Below are positions 61,621 to 64,000 of a stretch of DNA of 64,000 nt, piece after piece. The stretch lies in NCBI GenBank assembly GCA_964106645.2, contig OZ078259.1. One strand, written 5' to 3'. Positions within the stretch are counted from its first letter, which is position 1; each line of letters begins with the position of its first letter. Position numbers and translations under genes: made by a program. Below the pieces are notes generated by a model, which saw only the letters and a program-made list of their open reading frames with translations, ran no database searches and was not told where the DNA came from. The DNA is from Podarcis pityusensis (lineage: Eukaryota).

Positions 61621-62109
61621 CCTATGGCAATGGCTCTTTCAGTCTTTTCTCTCCATCTTGCAGAACATCAAGTTCGCCTTTTTAAAAAAAGAAGAAAAAA
61701 AAAGAAAACTCCATTTCCTGCCCGTGCCCTTCAATATCACTTATCCTCTTCACAAATCTACCCCTGTTCTCAAATCAAAGCATCCTGTTTATTCTTCCTG
61801 ACCAAAGGAGGGCTGCTTACTCATTAGTAATCTTTTGTCTCTTCTTCTAGATAGTCCTAGAAATTTAGCGGGACAGTTTTCTTATTGTGCAAACCTCCTC
61901 TGAGAAAAATCAGTGGAGGAGTTTGCCCCTTCTTCCACATCACATCCTATGATGTAGCATTAGGAAGACAGGGAGCTTGACCAATTCTAGCACTGAGTGG
62001 AAAACCCTTCCCCCATTATTTCATGGGTCTATTAGAAGGAAGTGAAGAAGGGCATTTTGGGTGATTTCATAGTGGAATAGGATAGGTTTCCCTGACCTAT
62101 AAAGTGTTG

Positions 62110-62275
62110 TGTCAAAGAGGTACAGCACCTGCTTTGCGCAAGAATGTTTTCTGGTTGGAGAACCCTGGAATGGAGAACCCTGCCTGGTATCCTGGAAAGT
62201 CACTGCCAGACATTGCAGACAATGCTTAGCAAGATGGACCAATGACCTGAGTCAAAAGAAGGCAGTTTCCTATAT
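62110..62275 (+). mobile_element. tRNA-derived SINE (Squam3-like), degenerate
   Basis: CAGCACCTGCTTTGCGCA head...GATGGACCAATGACCTGAGTCAAAAGAAGGCAGTTTCCTAT tail. Confidence 0.6.
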
Positions 62276-62490
62276 TCTTATGTGTAGCTTTACATGCAGC
62301 TGTTGACAGGGCATGCATGTAAGGCTGTCATTTTCTTCCCACAGTGCTTTGGAAGATCGTTAAATCCAGGGCATCATGTGGGATTCAAAACTATTATTAT
62401 TATTTCTTTAATTTGTATGCCACCCTTCATCTGAAGATCACAGGGCTGTTCACAACAAGCGGCTGCCAGGCTGGCAAGAGAGCCAATACT

Positions 62491-62583
62491 GGAAAGGAAA
62501 GGAAAGGAAAGGAAAGGAAAGGAAAGGAAAGGAAAGGAAAGGAAAGGAAAGGAAAGGAAAGGAAAGGAAGGAAAGGAAAGGAA
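62491..62583 (+). repeat. (GGAAA)n pentanucleotide microsatellite
   Basis: About 18 units of a pure purine tract; it explains the KGKER/FLSFP ORFs. Confidence 0.97.
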
Positions 62584-63035
62584 CTGTGCTACAATCGCTG
62601 CCAATGGCAAGCACCACCCATGATAAGTTCTTGGATAATTTTCCCTCCCCCTGGAGATATTTGGTGGGTTCCTGCTCCATTTCACCACCTAGCAATAGGG
62701 TGGATAATTGTAAGAGGTCCTTTGTGCCTGTCTCTAATCTAAACCCTTACTAATTTCATCAGCTAATGTTTAAGCAAAAGTTGAATCATTCAGCTCTATG
62801 TGCATAACTTGCTCTGCTGTTGCCGATATGACCAAATTTTTCTGTGGACATTAAAAAGGTCAGCCAAAAGTGTTCAGCCACAGAAAAAGAACTCTCAATG
62901 AAACACTAACGGGAGGAATTTAGTTCCGCTTCTCTTCTATGAAGTTACTATAGCTGACACAAATGACTGCAGGATGCGATTATAATAGGGCAGTAAAACC
63001 AATTTGATGAGGCTTATTAATTTCTTGTTGCCAAG

Positions 63036-63058
63036 ACACACACACACACACACACACA
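63036..63058. repeat. (AC)n microsatellite
   Basis: Direct observation. Confidence 0.9.
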
Positions 63059-63410
63059 AACTTTTGATTTTTTGTAAAATGACATATACAGATTGGGCCT
63101 GGTATCCTCTGCATGGCTGTGAAAGGTGAGAAAATGTGGTAGATCGCTCAGGAAAAAAAGGATCAGATTGAATGTTGATTGGCATGCTGTACACTTTATA
63201 TTCCATGAGATGTTTGTCCCATTGGGCAAGGGTATCAGAGTTAGAGTGCAAACACAGCAAATTCTACCTAGAGCAGCTGGCAATTATTTCTGTTGTCATT
63301 AAAATTTTACGTTACCTCTGCTCCTTTAGAGAAATGTGAAAGTTCAGATATAGATACATATAGTTTTTAAGTTTTTTGTTTTTTTAACAGAGCAAGACCT
63401 ACAGCTCAGT

Positions 63411-63756
63411 CAGTGGCGGAGCAAGCCGATTGGGCGCCTGGGGTGGCGCTTGTGCCCTGTGCCCAGGGGCAGGGCCAGCTGCCTGCAGGGCCGGAGTCAG
63501 CCACCCATGGGGCGGGGCCAGCCAGGGCAGGATGCTCCGTGGGGCCTCCAAGGAGTCTGCCAGCCTCCTCCCACACAGCCACCCTACAGCTAGCAGGGTG
63601 GCAGTGGGCCCCCAAGCCACAGCATCACTCCCAGGAGAGATGCGTGGCTCAGGTGGCTGCAGGCCCTGCGGTGAGTGCCGCCTGGCATTTTGTCACCCCC
63701 TCAGTGATGACACCCGGGGCAACCCACCCCCATCACACCCCCTTCTTCTGCCCCTG
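63411..63756. mobile_element. GC-rich hAT-type MITE inserted into a tRNA-SINE head
   Basis: Termini CAGTGGCGGAG / TTCTGCCCCTG; perfect 8-bp TSD AGCTCAGT; removing it restores ACAGCTCAGTGATAGAGCATTTGTTTTGTATGCAGAA. Confidence 0.85.
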
Positions 63757-64000
63757 AGCTCAGTGATAGAGCATTTGTTTTGTATGCAGAATATCTCCAG
63801 GCAGGGCAGAAAGAGACACATTCCTGAAATCCTGGTATATCTGTGAAGCACACTTAAATTTTGAATCTTTTAGAATTCAAATTCTAATGCAATAAAATGC
63901 AACATAAGAAATAAAAGAAGCAGTAAAAATACAATTAAAAACCATACAACAATACTAGATAGCTCTGTTGGTTAGAGCAGAGGTTTTCAACCTATCTGAG

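Noticed and set aside
62344-62742. KGKER / FLSFP repeat ORFs
   Set aside because: They are translations of the (GGAAA)n microsatellite.

Overview
Vertebrate genomic DNA, almost certainly a squamate reptile and probably a lacertid lizard. This is inferred from its repeats: Sauria/POM SINEs, BovB, lizard-type L2, CR1-tailed tRNA SINEs and a Penelope fragment. I find no supportable host protein-coding exon, so the window reads as a large intron or gene desert. It is densely filled with transposon relics: a 2.8-kb decayed L2 (58074-60911), two L1-clade fragments, BovB tails, three Sauria SINEs, many tRNA-derived SINEs, Tc1/mariner-pogo and hAT MITEs with readable TIRs/TSDs, and a probable solo LTR. 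There are also microsatellites, two assembly gaps and several repeat-free islands that look like conserved non-coding elements. The most notable items are: (1) a 99-bp Penelope-type insertion carrying a minimal hammerhead ribozyme (48891-48989); (2) a Tc2/pogo-type MITE (21501-23072) whose interior is a 13 x 89-bp CpG-rich array in which every unit can fold into a ~70-nt hairpin; (3) an 84-bp TG...CA mini-element with 10-bp TIRs and a 5-bp TSD; (4) a doubly truncated, apparently internally primed L1 with a TSD; (5) a local inverted duplication (5316-5385/6203-6280); (6) a MITE carrying a CTCF-consensus motif. Family names come from my recognition of the sequences, not from database searches, and boundaries of old repeats are approximate.
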